Source: an uncultured Gemmatimonadales bacterium
GTDB taxonomy: Bacteria > Gemmatimonadota > Gemmatimonadetes > Gemmatimonadales > GWC2-71-9
Assembly: GCA_963825055.1 (NCBI GenBank)
Contig: CAWGSK010000034.1
Span: forward strand, 64,001 to 128,000
DNA: 64,000 nt
Direction of reading: 5' to 3'
The notes beneath the pieces are model-generated. The model was not told the DNA's origin and made no database searches. It saw only the letters and a list, made by a program, of their open reading frames with translations. Shown piece by piece: positions 18,345 through 27,592 of the stretch. Position 1 is the stretch's first letter, and each line of letters opens with the position of its first letter. A program made the translations under genes and the position numbers.

Positions 18345-19475
18345 GTGCAGGACCTGATCCCGGCCTTCAGGGCCTGGCGGACGGTTCAGGCCGGTTCCCG
18401 GGAAGTGATTGACGCGATCGTCGCCCCGGAGCACCGGGGGCCTTCCCCGGAACTGGCCCGGGCCCTCAAGTCGTGGCGGGGCGCGTGGTACTGGCCCCGC
18501 CCTGACCGGAGCCACCTGATCCTGATCCGGGAGACCGGGGCACGCCGACGGGAGCGCTGGGGACTGCACCTGGCGCTTTTCCTCATCACTATCAGTACGA
18601 TGCTCGGGGCGGGCGCGGCGCTGGCCGGCAGCTGGACCCCGCCGCCCAGCTTCGGCCTGCTGGGGCTGCTCCAGTCGGCCGGGCAGTTCTTCGTGGACAC
18701 GGCGACCGGCGGATGGCGCCAGCTCATCCCCGGCTGGTCCTTCGCCATTCCGCTGCTCGTCATCCTGCTGATTCATGAGCTGGGCCACTACTTCGCGGCG
18801 CGGCGCTACGAAATCGACACCTCGCCGCCCTTCTTCCTCCCCTTTCCACCAACGCTCTCGCCCATCGGAAGCCTCGGGGCCTTCATCCGACTCCGGAGTC
18901 CGGTGCTCGACCGCCGCCAGTTGCTCGACGTGGGTGCCGCGGGACCGCTGGCCGGGTTCGTCGCCGCCTTTGCGGTGCTGGTCTGGGGGTACTCCACCAG
19001 CGCCGCCGTCCCCGCCGGCATCGGGACCGCGCACACCTTCGTCTCCTTCGCCGGCACCACGCTGGCCCTGGGTGACTCCCTCCTCACCGACGCCTTCCGG
19101 GACTTCTTCTTTCCCGGCGCGGGTGCGGTGCACCTGAGCCTTCCGGCCTTCGCAGGCTGGGTCGGGATGTTCGTGACCGGCCTCAACCTCATTCCCCTGA
19201 GCCAGCTCGACGGCGGCCACGTGCTGTACGGGCTGCTGGGCCGCAAGCAGGCGGTGATCGGGTTCCTCGCCATCCTGGGCCTGGTCTACCTCGGGCAGTA
19301 TCACTGGACCTGGTATGCCTGGGTCGTCCTGGCCCTGCTGGTGGGCGGCGGCCGGTGGACGCACCCGGCCGTTGTGGCACCCAGGCGGGCGGTCCCCCGG
19401 AGCCGCCACGTGGTGGGCTGGCTCTGCGTGGTGATCTTCATTCTCACCTTCGTGGCCGTGCCCTTCAGCCTGTAG
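18345..19475 (+). CDS. Site-2 protease (M50 intramembrane zinc metalloprotease)
   Basis: HELGHY, GAAGPLAG, NLIPLSQLDGGH; multiple TM segments; start re-called at GTG 18345. Confidence 0.9.
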   Translation: MQDLIPAFRAWRTVQAGSREVIDAIVAPEHRGPSPELARALKSWRGAWYWPRPDRSHLILIRETGARRRERWGLHLALFLITISTMLGAGAALAGSWTPPPSFGLLGLLQSAGQFFVDTATGGWRQLIPGWSFAIPLLVILLIHELGHYFAARRYEIDTSPPFFLPFPPTLSPIGSLGAFIRLRSPVLDRRQLLDVGAAGPLAGFVAAFAVLVWGYSTSAAVPAGIGTAHTFVSFAGTTLALGDSLLTDAFRDFFFPGAGAVHLSLPAFAGWVGMFVTGLNLIPLSQLDGGHVLYGLLGRKQAVIGFLAILGLVYLGQYHWTWYAWVVLALLVGGGRWTHPAVVAPRRAVPRSRHVVGWLCVVIFILTFVAVPFSL

Positions 19476-19565
19476 TCGCGCGTGATCGTATTGCGCCAGC
19501 CAAGGTATTTATTATCTTGGACTTACCCGATTCGGCAGCGTGTCCTTCCGCACCGAGGATCATGC

Positions 19566-19856
19566 ATGACCGTTCAGAGCCTTCGGCACTTTGGTAATGA
19601 TCCCCGCGAACCCGCCGTTCATGAACTGACCCCCTTCCGCTTCGAGGGGGCCATGATTGCAACGCGGCTGTGTGTGCGGCATGCCGAGGACGGCGTCTGG
19701 CGGGGTCGCCTGCTGTTTGGTGGTGGCGGGGAGAACGAGGCTGTGGAATGCGAGACCGCGGAGATCTTCTGCGCGACCACGCAGCAGGACCTCTGGCACG
19801 CGGTGCACAACCTCCGCGAGCACCACCTCCGGGATCTGTACCGGTCCCTTCTCTGA
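19566..19856 (+). CDS. Hypothetical protein (96 aa)
   Basis: GAGGA RBS before ATG 19566; coding-like GC3; VWRGRLLF...TAEIFCA...HHLRDLYRSL. Confidence 0.6.
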   Translation: MTVQSLRHFGNDPREPAVHELTPFRFEGAMIATRLCVRHAEDGVWRGRLLFGGGGENEAVECETAEIFCATTQQDLWHAVHNLREHHLRDLYRSLL

Positions 19857-19868
19857 TGCCATGCGCCC

Positions 19869-20051
19869 ATGACTGAACTCGACCGCATCAACAAGCTGCG
19901 CCACGACCTTGCCAATCCGCTGTCCGCCCTGCTCGCCGAGACCCAGTTGCTGCTGCTGAACGAGGCGGAACTCGACGCCGAGACCGTCACCAGCCTCCGC
20001 GAGATGGAGGCGCTGGCCGTGCGCATGCGCACGATCCTGCGCGAACCGTAG
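19869..20051 (+). CDS. Stand-alone histidine-kinase dimerisation/phosphoacceptor (HisKA) domain protein, 60 aa
   Basis: H-box LRHDLANPLSALL followed by a second helix; no HATPase domain. Confidence 0.75.
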   Translation: MTELDRINKLRHDLANPLSALLAETQLLLLNEAELDAETVTSLREMEALAVRMRTILREP

Positions 20052-20059
20052 GATACCGG

Positions 20060-21826
20060 TTACTCAACACCCGACCGCAGCGCCGCCGCACCGTTTGCCA
20101 GATACAGGACCAGAAAGACCAGGCTGGCCGCCCCGACCGCGAGGCGGTAGGCCACCGAGCCGGTGCCCGCTGAAACGAATCCCTCGATCACTCCCGCAAC
20201 AAGCAGCATGACCGCGACCGCCCCGATCATCCGGAGCGCCTGTCGTCCGTTCACGACCAGGGCTTCCCCGCGCGAGAGCCGGCCGGGTGCGATCAGGGCG
20301 ATCCCCAGCAGGTATCCGGCGGCTCCCGCGACGCAGATGGCGAAGAGCTCCAGGGTCCCGTGACCCGCGATGAACGTGCCGAGGTACCCGGCGAGTCCCG
20401 CGTTCGCGAAGTGGCCGTAGGTGGCACCGATGGAGAGGCCGTTGAACGCCAGCATGACCAGCGCGCCGATGCCCGCCAGGATGCCGCCGGCAAAACAGAG
20501 GAACGCCACGCGGATGTTGTTACCGATGATGTAGCCCGCCATCGCCGGGCGCTCCCCGGCGGATGCCTCGTAGTAGCCCCGGCCCTCCGCCTGCCGTGCC
20601 GCCCCTGCCTCCGCCCGCCGGAGCATGCTCTCGGGCAGGACCTGCTCGGCGAGGGACGGGTCCTCCCGGATAACCACGACGCCTGCCACCAGCGGTGCGC
20701 CGAAGGTGAGGCATGCCACCAGCACCAGACCCCGCGCCTGCACGACGGCGGCCGGACACTCCCGCATCAGCACGTGCCAGATGCGCCCCGCGGTCGTGCG
20801 CTGGTCCCGGTACAGCGCGTTGTGTCCGGCGGCCACGAGGCGCTCGAGGCGGGAAATCGTCAGGGGTGGGGCGTGGTACGTCCGGGCCCGCGCGAGGTCG
20901 GCCGCGACTTCCCGGTAGCGGGCCGCGAACTCCGGCAGCTCGGCTGCCGCGAACCGGTCGAGCCCGTCACGCGTCGCCCGGTCCGCCAGGCGCTGGAATT
21001 CCTCCCAACGGTCCATCTTCCGGGCAGTGAAGCGTTCGGCCACGCCCCCACCGCGTGCGGCGGGAGCGAACCGGCTGCGGCGACGGGCCCGCTCGAGGGT
21101 GAAGAGCTCGGCGAGTGCCAGCGTCGGGTCGGCGGTGCGGGGTGTGAACCGGCCGGCGAAGCGGGGAAGGAGGCGGGCTGCCAGGGCCTGCCGTACGTCC
21201 GGCAGCAGCTCGGCGCTGCGCTCGGCGAATTCCCGCACCAGCCGGAACTCGTCCTCGCTGAGCTCCGGCGCGCCATGGTCCACCGCCTCCTCGGCGGCGA
21301 GGGCCGTATCCGTCACGCCGGACGTGTCGAAGGGCCGGTCACGGACCACCATCGTGCCGGCCGCGAGGTCGCCCAGCCGCTTCGCCTGCCGGTGCGTTGC
21401 GACCAGGACGGCGTCGAGAAGGAGGGTGGGGGGAAAGAGGTCGAGGGCCCGGAGGAGATTCCGCACGACCGCCGCGCCGAACGTGACCGGATGACCGGTG
21501 GACTGCACCACGCGAATGCCGAGACGCCGCTTGCCGGGCGTCTGGCCCTGGCGCAGTCCCTCGAACAGGGCGAAGTACCCCCAGAACCCCAGCACGGTCA
21601 CGAGGGACAGCACGGCCTCAACCCAGGAGTTGTGGAGGAGGTTGCCGATTCCCATGACGACGAGCACGGCGAGGATCCACAATGCCATCACCAGCATGTC
21701 GAAGAGCGATGCAAGCAGGCGCGAGCCGAGGCCGGCGACCTCGAAATCGAGGACGACGTGCTCCGGTGTCTCCACCTCCAGGTGCTGCCGGTACGCAGCG
21801 AGCGGTGCGATCCCCGTCGGGTCCAT
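20060..21826 (-). CDS. RDD domain - SpoIIM-family membrane protein fusion
   Basis: ETPEHV..AGLGSRLLASLFD, GQTPGKR, KRLGDLAAGT (RDD); NNIRVAFLCFAGG, HGTLEL, AGVIEGFVS (SpoIIM). Confidence 0.9.
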   Translation of the reverse strand: MDPTGIAPLAAYRQHLEVETPEHVVLDFEVAGLGSRLLASLFDMLVMALWILAVLVVMGIGNLLHNSWVEAVLSLVTVLGFWGYFALFEGLRQGQTPGKRRLGIRVVQSTGHPVTFGAAVVRNLLRALDLFPPTLLLDAVLVATHRQAKRLGDLAAGTMVVRDRPFDTSGVTDTALAAEEAVDHGAPELSEDEFRLVREFAERSAELLPDVRQALAARLLPRFAGRFTPRTADPTLALAELFTLERARRRSRFAPAARGGGVAERFTARKMDRWEEFQRLADRATRDGLDRFAAAELPEFAARYREVAADLARARTYHAPPLTISRLERLVAAGHNALYRDQRTTAGRIWHVLMRECPAAVVQARGLVLVACLTFGAPLVAGVVVIREDPSLAEQVLPESMLRRAEAGAARQAEGRGYYEASAGERPAMAGYIIGNNIRVAFLCFAGGILAGIGALVMLAFNGLSIGATYGHFANAGLAGYLGTFIAGHGTLELFAICVAGAAGYLLGIALIAPGRLSRGEALVVNGRQALRMIGAVAVMLLVAGVIEGFVSAGTGSVAYRLAVGAASLVFLVLYLANGAAALRSGVE

Positions 21827-21947
21827 GCCGGATTCTATCGCGCGTCAGAGGCGACGGTAAGGGTGGTGGCTCTTGCGCGCCCGCGGGCCCACCGGCAAAC
21901 TCAGGTCGGCCCGTCCCCGGCTCACCTCTCCGCAAGGAGCCATTCGC

Positions 21948-22721
21948 ATGGCGCAGCTGACCCTCCGGCCGCTCTCCATCGGTGAAATCCTCGACCTGGC
22001 ATTCACGCTGTACCGCCGCCAGTTCGTCACCCTCTTGTCCATCGCCGTTGTCACCACCGGCCTCCCGCTCATCCTCCAGGTTTACATCCTGTCCGCCGGG
22101 GGATACCTCTATCACCTCGGCATCTCGCTCGCCTATGTGCTGCTGTCGGTGGCGATGAGCGCGCTGGCCACGGCCGCCACGGTCTTCGTGGTCAGCGAGA
22201 GTTACCTGGGCCGGGCCCTTGATGTCGGCGCGGCGTTCGGGCGTGCGCTCCCGCTGCTTGGCCGCGTGGTCCTGACCAGCCTGGCGTTCTCGCTCCTCGT
22301 CGGGCTGGGCGCGATGCTCTTCATCGTCCCCGGCATCATCCTCGCCTGCGGTCTCGGGCTGGCCTTCGTGGTAGTCGTGGTCGAAGGTGCCTCCACCGGA
22401 GAGGCGCTGTCGCGCTCCTGGGCCCTGACCAGGGACTACAAGGGCAAGATGTTCCTGCTCCTTCTCGCCGTCTGGTTCATCATCCTGCTGCCCACGATCA
22501 CAGTCGGGGCCATCGCGGGCCTGGCGATGACCCAGGATCCGCTCACGGCCGGCGACGCGACCGCCGGTGTGCTCGTGGCGGTGGTTGCCGGGCTGGCGCA
22601 GATCGTGGTGTATCCGCTTCTCTACTGCTCCCTGACCGTCGCCTACTACGACCTGCGCGTGCGGAAGGAAGCCTTCGACCTCGAGGTGCTCGAGTCGGCC
22701 CTGCAGCGGGTGGGCGTCTGA
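21948..22721 (+). CDS. Integral membrane protein typical of MoxR/DUF58 clusters
   Basis: AAGGAG RBS; LRPLSIGEILD..F.LYRR, ALSRSWAL, YYDLRVRKEAFDLE. Confidence 0.8.
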   Translation: MAQLTLRPLSIGEILDLAFTLYRRQFVTLLSIAVVTTGLPLILQVYILSAGGYLYHLGISLAYVLLSVAMSALATAATVFVVSESYLGRALDVGAAFGRALPLLGRVVLTSLAFSLLVGLGAMLFIVPGIILACGLGLAFVVVVVEGASTGEALSRSWALTRDYKGKMFLLLLAVWFIILLPTITVGAIAGLAMTQDPLTAGDATAGVLVAVVAGLAQIVVYPLLYCSLTVAYYDLRVRKEAFDLEVLESALQRVGV

Positions 22722-22740
22722 CCGGGCCGGGATTGCACGG

Positions 22741-23370
22741 ATGATCCAGGGTCCCCTGAGCGGGATCGGTGACGATTCCCTGCGGACCGTCATCGATACC
22801 GTGTTCTCCGGGCGTGCCTACGACTGGGTGGAGCCCCCGCGGCCCCTCGCATGGCTCACCCGGACCTGGAACCGGCTCGTGGACTGGATCTTCGGGCTCC
22901 GTGAGGTCAATCCCGTCGCCTACCAGTGGTTGCTGTGGGGGCTCGTCGCCGTGCTGGTTCTGGTATTTGTCCACGGCGGCTACGTCCTGTATCAGACCAT
23001 CCGCGGTGCCGGGGCGCGCGAGGGCGGGCGGGAGCCGGGGGCCGTGCTCGAGGTGCGGGACGAGGCGTGGTATCGCGGGGAAGCCCGGCGTCACGCGGCG
23101 GCGGGACACTACCCCGAGGCGATGCAGGCGGCGTTTCAGTCCCTGATGCAGCGCCTCGAGGCGCGCGGGGCCGTTCGGACTGACCCCTCACGTACCGCGC
23201 GCGAGTACCTGTCCGTGGTGGCGCTCCCCGACGATGAGCGCCGGCGGCTCGCCGGCCTGGTCGGTACGCTGTACGCCTGCGCCTATGCGGGACATCCCTG
23301 CGATGCCGAGACGTATCGCCGGTGGGACGACGAGGCCTTCGGGGCACCGTGGCATGCGACCGCGCACTGA
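22741..23370 (+). CDS. DUF4129-like membrane-anchored protein
   Basis: One TM segment, then A..HAAAGHYPEA...L..RG...DPSRTAREY...YAG motif. Confidence 0.75.
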   Translation: MIQGPLSGIGDDSLRTVIDTVFSGRAYDWVEPPRPLAWLTRTWNRLVDWIFGLREVNPVAYQWLLWGLVAVLVLVFVHGGYVLYQTIRGAGAREGGREPGAVLEVRDEAWYRGEARRHAAAGHYPEAMQAAFQSLMQRLEARGAVRTDPSRTAREYLSVVALPDDERRRLAGLVGTLYACAYAGHPCDAETYRRWDDEAFGAPWHATAH

Positions 23371-24580
23371 AGTCGGGCTGGCCGTCGCGGGACTCGCGGT
23401 CGTCGCGATTCTCGCCGGCCTGGCCGGGGCTGACCGGAACCGCGCGGCCCCGCCGGACAGCCGTCGGAGCAGTTACCTCGCGGGCCCCGAGGGCATCCGG
23501 GGGTATGCGGACGCACTGGAGCGCCTCGGGGTGGACGTGGAGCGCACGCGCTCCAGGCCTGCCCGGCTGAATGCCATGCTGGGTGATGGTGAGATCCCGC
23601 TGCTTGTCATTCTCGATCCAGCGGTGCCGCTCGACCTCGCCGAAGGGGCGACACTGCTCGATTTCACCAGGGAAACCGGCGACCTGCTCCTGGCCGGACC
23701 TGCGGCCGGCGCGGCGATGGCCTGCTTCGGGTATGCGGTGGACCTCCGCAGCCCGGACAGCGTCCCGCTCTACGAGCCCGGCGGACAGCGCATAGTCGGA
23801 TGGGGCCGGGACATGGTGCTGGCGAGATTGAACGATTCCGTGGCCGTCGACTCGTCGGCGCGTTCCGCGGGAGTGGACGCCCGCTGTCTCGTGCCGCCGG
23901 TGGACACGGTCGATACACTGCTGGTCACCTCCGGGGGCCGCACGGTCGCGCTCGCGCTGAGCGTGGACGGCGGTCTGACCGAGGTTGTCCTGGTGGCTGA
24001 CGGGAGCCTCTTCAGCAATCGTCGCCTTCGCGCCGACGATGCGCTGGGGCCGTTCCTGCTCCGGCTTGCCGACCGGCCGCGGGTGGTATTCGACGAGTTC
24101 CACCAGGGGTTTACGGCGGGTGGGTCACTGGCGGGAGCCGTTCTGGCCTGGAGCGGCCGCTCGCCGCTCGGCTGGCTGGGATGGCAACTCGCCGTGACCG
24201 GCCTGCTCGCGATGCTGGCCGCCGCCATCCGCTTCGGTCCGGTGTGGCACGTCATCGTGCGGCGGCGACGTTCGCCGATCGAACATGTGCAGGCCCTGGC
24301 GACGGCGCTGGCTTCCGCCCGGGGAAGCGGCGTCGCGGTCGGGCTCATGGTCCGGGGCCTGCGACGGCGCCTGTCCGCTGCCGGTCACGTCGAGCGCGGC
24401 AGTGCCGCGGAATGGCTTGACCAGATCGCCGATCACGTCCGAAGCCGGTCCGCGCGGGACGCGGTGGCCGCGCTCCAATCACTCATGCAGGACCCGCCCG
24501 CGCCGGACGGCGTGCTGCGGGCCGCTCACGCCGTGGAGGATGTGTGGCAGGATCTCAGCCAGTCAGCCCCGAGGAAATAG
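23354..24580 (+). CDS. DUF4350-like membrane protein
   Basis: SSYLAGPEG.RGY..ALERLG, ADGSLFSN, VVFDEFHQG, RFGP, EHVQALA; ATG 23354 overlaps upstream gene. Confidence 0.75.
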   Translation: MRPRTEVGLAVAGLAVVAILAGLAGADRNRAAPPDSRRSSYLAGPEGIRGYADALERLGVDVERTRSRPARLNAMLGDGEIPLLVILDPAVPLDLAEGATLLDFTRETGDLLLAGPAAGAAMACFGYAVDLRSPDSVPLYEPGGQRIVGWGRDMVLARLNDSVAVDSSARSAGVDARCLVPPVDTVDTLLVTSGGRTVALALSVDGGLTEVVLVADGSLFSNRRLRADDALGPFLLRLADRPRVVFDEFHQGFTAGGSLAGAVLAWSGRSPLGWLGWQLAVTGLLAMLAAAIRFGPVWHVIVRRRRSPIEHVQALATALASARGSGVAVGLMVRGLRRRLSAAGHVERGSAAEWLDQIADHVRSRSARDAVAALQSLMQDPPAPDGVLRAAHAVEDVWQDLSQSAPRK

Positions 24581-25524
24581 CCCGCCAGGGAGAGGTCGCG
24601 CGGACCATCCTGGACCGTCTCGGCCGGGTGGTCCTCGGCCAGCCCGACGCGTTGCGCGACATCCTGATCGCCCTGATCGCGAGGGGGCATGTTCTCCTCG
24701 AAGGCGTGCCGGGCACCGCCAAGACCCTCCTGGTGCGCACCCTGAGTCTCGTGCTCCGCCTCGAGTTCCGGAGGATACAGTTCACGCCGGACCTCATGCC
24801 ATCGGACATCACCGGCGTGAGCCTCCTGACGGGACAGGGAGACTTCCGCTTCCGCCAGGGGCCCGTGTTTGCCGACCTGGTCCTTGCGGACGAGATCAAC
24901 CGCGCGCCCGCCAAGACACAGGCGGCGTTGCTCGAGGCGATGCAGGAGCGCAGCGTCACCGTGGACGGGACCTCCCACCCGCTCAGCCGGTACTTCACGG
25001 TCTTCGCCACGCAGAACCCCATTGAGTTCGAGGGGACCTACCCGCTTCCCGAGGCGGAACTCGACCGGTTCATCATGAAGGTGCTGCTCGACTACCCGGA
25101 TGCGGATACCGAGCAGCACCTTCTGGTGCGCTCGGTGGAGGGGTTCGAGGCCGACGAACCCGCCACGTACGGCGTGTCCGCCGAGGTGAGCCCTGAGGCC
25201 CTCGACGCGCTCCGGTCGGCCAGCCGGGGCGTGCGGGTGGAGGAGACGGTCCTCGCCTACGTGACCCGGGTCGTGCGGGCAACGCGCGAGGCGCCGGCCC
25301 TGACGCTCGGGGCCTCGCCCCGGGCCAGCGTGTCCCTGCTCCGTGCCGCACAGGCCGCAGCGCTCATGGACGGGCGGGAGTACGTGGTCCCGGATGACGT
25401 CAAGGCACTGGCCGCCCCTGTGCTGCGGCATCGCGTGGTGGTGGCGCCCGAACTGGAGCTCGAGGGGATCTCCGCGGACCAGGCGCTCCGCGCCATGCTC
25501 GACCGGATCGAGGTGCCGCGCTGA
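24544..25524 (+). CDS. MoxR family AAA+ ATPase
   Basis: HVLLEGVPGTAKT, RIQFTPDLMPSD, DEINRAPAKTQAALLEAMQE, ATQNPIEFEGTYPLPEA.LDRF, GASPR. Confidence 0.95.
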   Translation: MAGSQPVSPEEIARQGEVARTILDRLGRVVLGQPDALRDILIALIARGHVLLEGVPGTAKTLLVRTLSLVLRLEFRRIQFTPDLMPSDITGVSLLTGQGDFRFRQGPVFADLVLADEINRAPAKTQAALLEAMQERSVTVDGTSHPLSRYFTVFATQNPIEFEGTYPLPEAELDRFIMKVLLDYPDADTEQHLLVRSVEGFEADEPATYGVSAEVSPEALDALRSASRGVRVEETVLAYVTRVVRATREAPALTLGASPRASVSLLRAAQAAALMDGREYVVPDDVKALAAPVLRHRVVVAPELELEGISADQALRAMLDRIEVPR

Positions 25525-26840
25525 TCGTCCTGCCGTCGCGCCGATGGCTGCTCGGAGCAGCCGCGCTGGGGCTCCTCGCCCTCTTCGGCTTCGTCCGTCC
25601 CGCCGCCCTGTCCTGGATGGTGGTGGCGGACGTTGCCTGGCTGGCGGCGTTCGTGGCCGACGCGTTCCTCGCGGTGGGGCCCGACGAGATCACGGTCTCG
25701 CGCCAGGCGCCACCGGCGTTCTCGGTCGGCCGGAGTGTGCCGGTGACGTATCGGTGGCAGAATGCCGGGCGGCATCGCGCGCGGCTGCTGGTGCGGGAGA
25801 TGCTGCCCGGCCCGCTGGGTGGTGCGGAGGGTCCCACGAGGGACCTCGTGCTGGCCGGGCAGGGTGTGGTGGATGAGCGCCTGGACCTGCGGCCGCTCCA
25901 TCGAGGCCGGGGAAGCGGCGGCCGGCTCTCCGTGCGCGCCCTGGGCCCTCTCGGACTCGCGTGGCGGCAGTTCAGCCGCGATCTCCCCTGGACCACTACC
26001 GTCTACCCCACGCTCGAACGCCTGTCGCTTCGCGCGCTGCCATCACAGCAGGCGCGCCGCCGCGAGTCCGGCTTCCGGAACGTCCGGCGCCTCGGCGAGG
26101 GGCGGATCTTCGAGACCCTGCGTGAATGGGTGCCGGGCGATGATACCCGCAGTATCGACTGGAAGGCGACGGCGCGGCGGGGCAAGCTCATGGCCCGGCA
26201 GTATGAGGACGAACGCCGCCAGCAGGTGCTGCTCGTGATCGACGCGGGACGGCTGATGACCGCCGAGAGCGCCGGAACCTCGCGGCTCGAGGCAGCGGTA
26301 GGGGCAGCGCTCAAGCTGGCCTGGACCGTAGTAGAGCATGACGACGACGTGGGTCTCATGGTCTTCGCCGACGATGTCCAGAGCTTCCTGGCGCCGGCCC
26401 GGGGCCGCCGCGCGCTCCGCGGGGTGATGGAAGGGCTGGCGACCGCGGAAGGTCGCCTGGTCGAGAGCGACTACCCTGCCGCCCTCGCATACCTCGCTGC
26501 GCGCAACCGGAAGCGTGCGCTCACGGTGCTCTTCACCGATGTCATCGACCGGAGCGCCAGCGAGGCGCTGGTGGCGCGGGTGGGCTCACTCCGCCCCCGG
26601 CACCTGCCGCTCGCGGTCGTGCTCCGGGATCCGGCGCTCGAGATGGTGGGTACCCGCCACGCAGGGACGGTCATGGAGGCCTATGAGCGAGCCGCGGCCG
26701 AGGAGTTGCTGTTGGCGCGCGAGGCGGCGCTGCTCGACATGCGCCGGCGCGGTGTCCTGGTGCTGGATGTCCCGCCGGCCCGCGCCGCGGAGGCCGTGGT
26801 GGACCAGTACGCGCAGCTGAAGCGGCGCGGGGTGCTCTGA
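25521..26840 (+). CDS. DUF58 / vWA-like domain protein
   Basis: FETLREWVPGDDTRSIDWKATARR, VLLVIDAGRLM, VLFTD; frame open back to CTG 25521 (CTGA overlap with MoxR stop). Confidence 0.88.
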   Translation: MIVLPSRRWLLGAAALGLLALFGFVRPAALSWMVVADVAWLAAFVADAFLAVGPDEITVSRQAPPAFSVGRSVPVTYRWQNAGRHRARLLVREMLPGPLGGAEGPTRDLVLAGQGVVDERLDLRPLHRGRGSGGRLSVRALGPLGLAWRQFSRDLPWTTTVYPTLERLSLRALPSQQARRRESGFRNVRRLGEGRIFETLREWVPGDDTRSIDWKATARRGKLMARQYEDERRQQVLLVIDAGRLMTAESAGTSRLEAAVGAALKLAWTVVEHDDDVGLMVFADDVQSFLAPARGRRALRGVMEGLATAEGRLVESDYPAALAYLAARNRKRALTVLFTDVIDRSASEALVARVGSLRPRHLPLAVVLRDPALEMVGTRHAGTVMEAYERAAAEELLLAREAALLDMRRRGVLVLDVPPARAAEAVVDQYAQLKRRGVL

Positions 26841-26971
26841 TCTAACTGGTTGGAATCAATGGGTTTAAGGTGGAGTACGGAGAGGTATGTGGCGTGAGTC
26901 ACCGCGCTGTGGCTGCCGGACCGGCATCTTTCAGCCAATACGCAGTGCTGTACACCCCAAGAGGAGAATGT

Positions 26972-27472
26972 ATGCCAAGTGTGGAACGTATGAAATCAAT
27001 GCTTGCATGTCTCGCGGTCGCCGTCGTGTGCACCGCCGCCGTGACATCCGTCGCGGAGGCCCAGCAGCAGTTGCATCTCGGCCCCCGCGTTTCCTACAAC
27101 TTCGACGCTGAAGAATTCGGCATCGGGGCGCAGTTCAGCTATCCGGTCGCGCGGCGGATCGAGTTCTATCCTTCGTTCGACTACTACTTCGTCGACCCCG
27201 GTTCGCTGTGGGCGCTGAACGCGGACCTCAAGTACCGCGTGCCCATGGAAGGCGAGTGGCTGTACCTGGGTGGCGGCCTCAACATCGCGCATGCCAGCTT
27301 CAACGGGAACGGCAACAGCGATGCCGGGCTCAACCTGCTCGGCGGCGTCGAGACCCGGGTCGGGCGCGTCCACCCGTTCGCCGAAGGTCGGTTGACCCTG
27401 GGTGACGGCAGCACGTTCCAGATCAGCGCCGGATTGAATTTTACGCTTGGCAAGAGTGTGGAAGTACGGTAA
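26972..27472 (+). CDS. Small outer-membrane beta-barrel protein
   Basis: GAGGAG RBS; signal peptide ending AEA; about 8 amphipathic strands, ends ISAGLNFTL. Confidence 0.75.
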   Translation: MPSVERMKSMLACLAVAVVCTAAVTSVAEAQQQLHLGPRVSYNFDAEEFGIGAQFSYPVARRIEFYPSFDYYFVDPGSLWALNADLKYRVPMEGEWLYLGGGLNIAHASFNGNGNSDAGLNLLGGVETRVGRVHPFAEGRLTLGDGSTFQISAGLNFTLGKSVEVR

Positions 27473-27592
27473 CAGGCAAGTAGCAAGTAGCAAGTGGCAA
27501 GTAGCAAGTGGCAAGTAGCGAGTAGTGAGTAGCGAGTGGCGAGTGGCGAGTGGTGAAGTGCACTGCTTGCCATTCGCTATTTCGCTATTCGC
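27471..27592. repeat. 7-mer tandem repeats (AAGTRGC/GAGTRGY) with a short inverted copy (YATTCGC)
   Basis: AAGTAGC AAGTAGC AAGTGGC AAGTAGC AAGTGGC AAGTAGC GAGTAGT GAGTAGC GAGTGGC GAGTGGC GAGTGGT, then CATTCGC..TATTCGC, between convergent genes. Confidence 0.85.
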
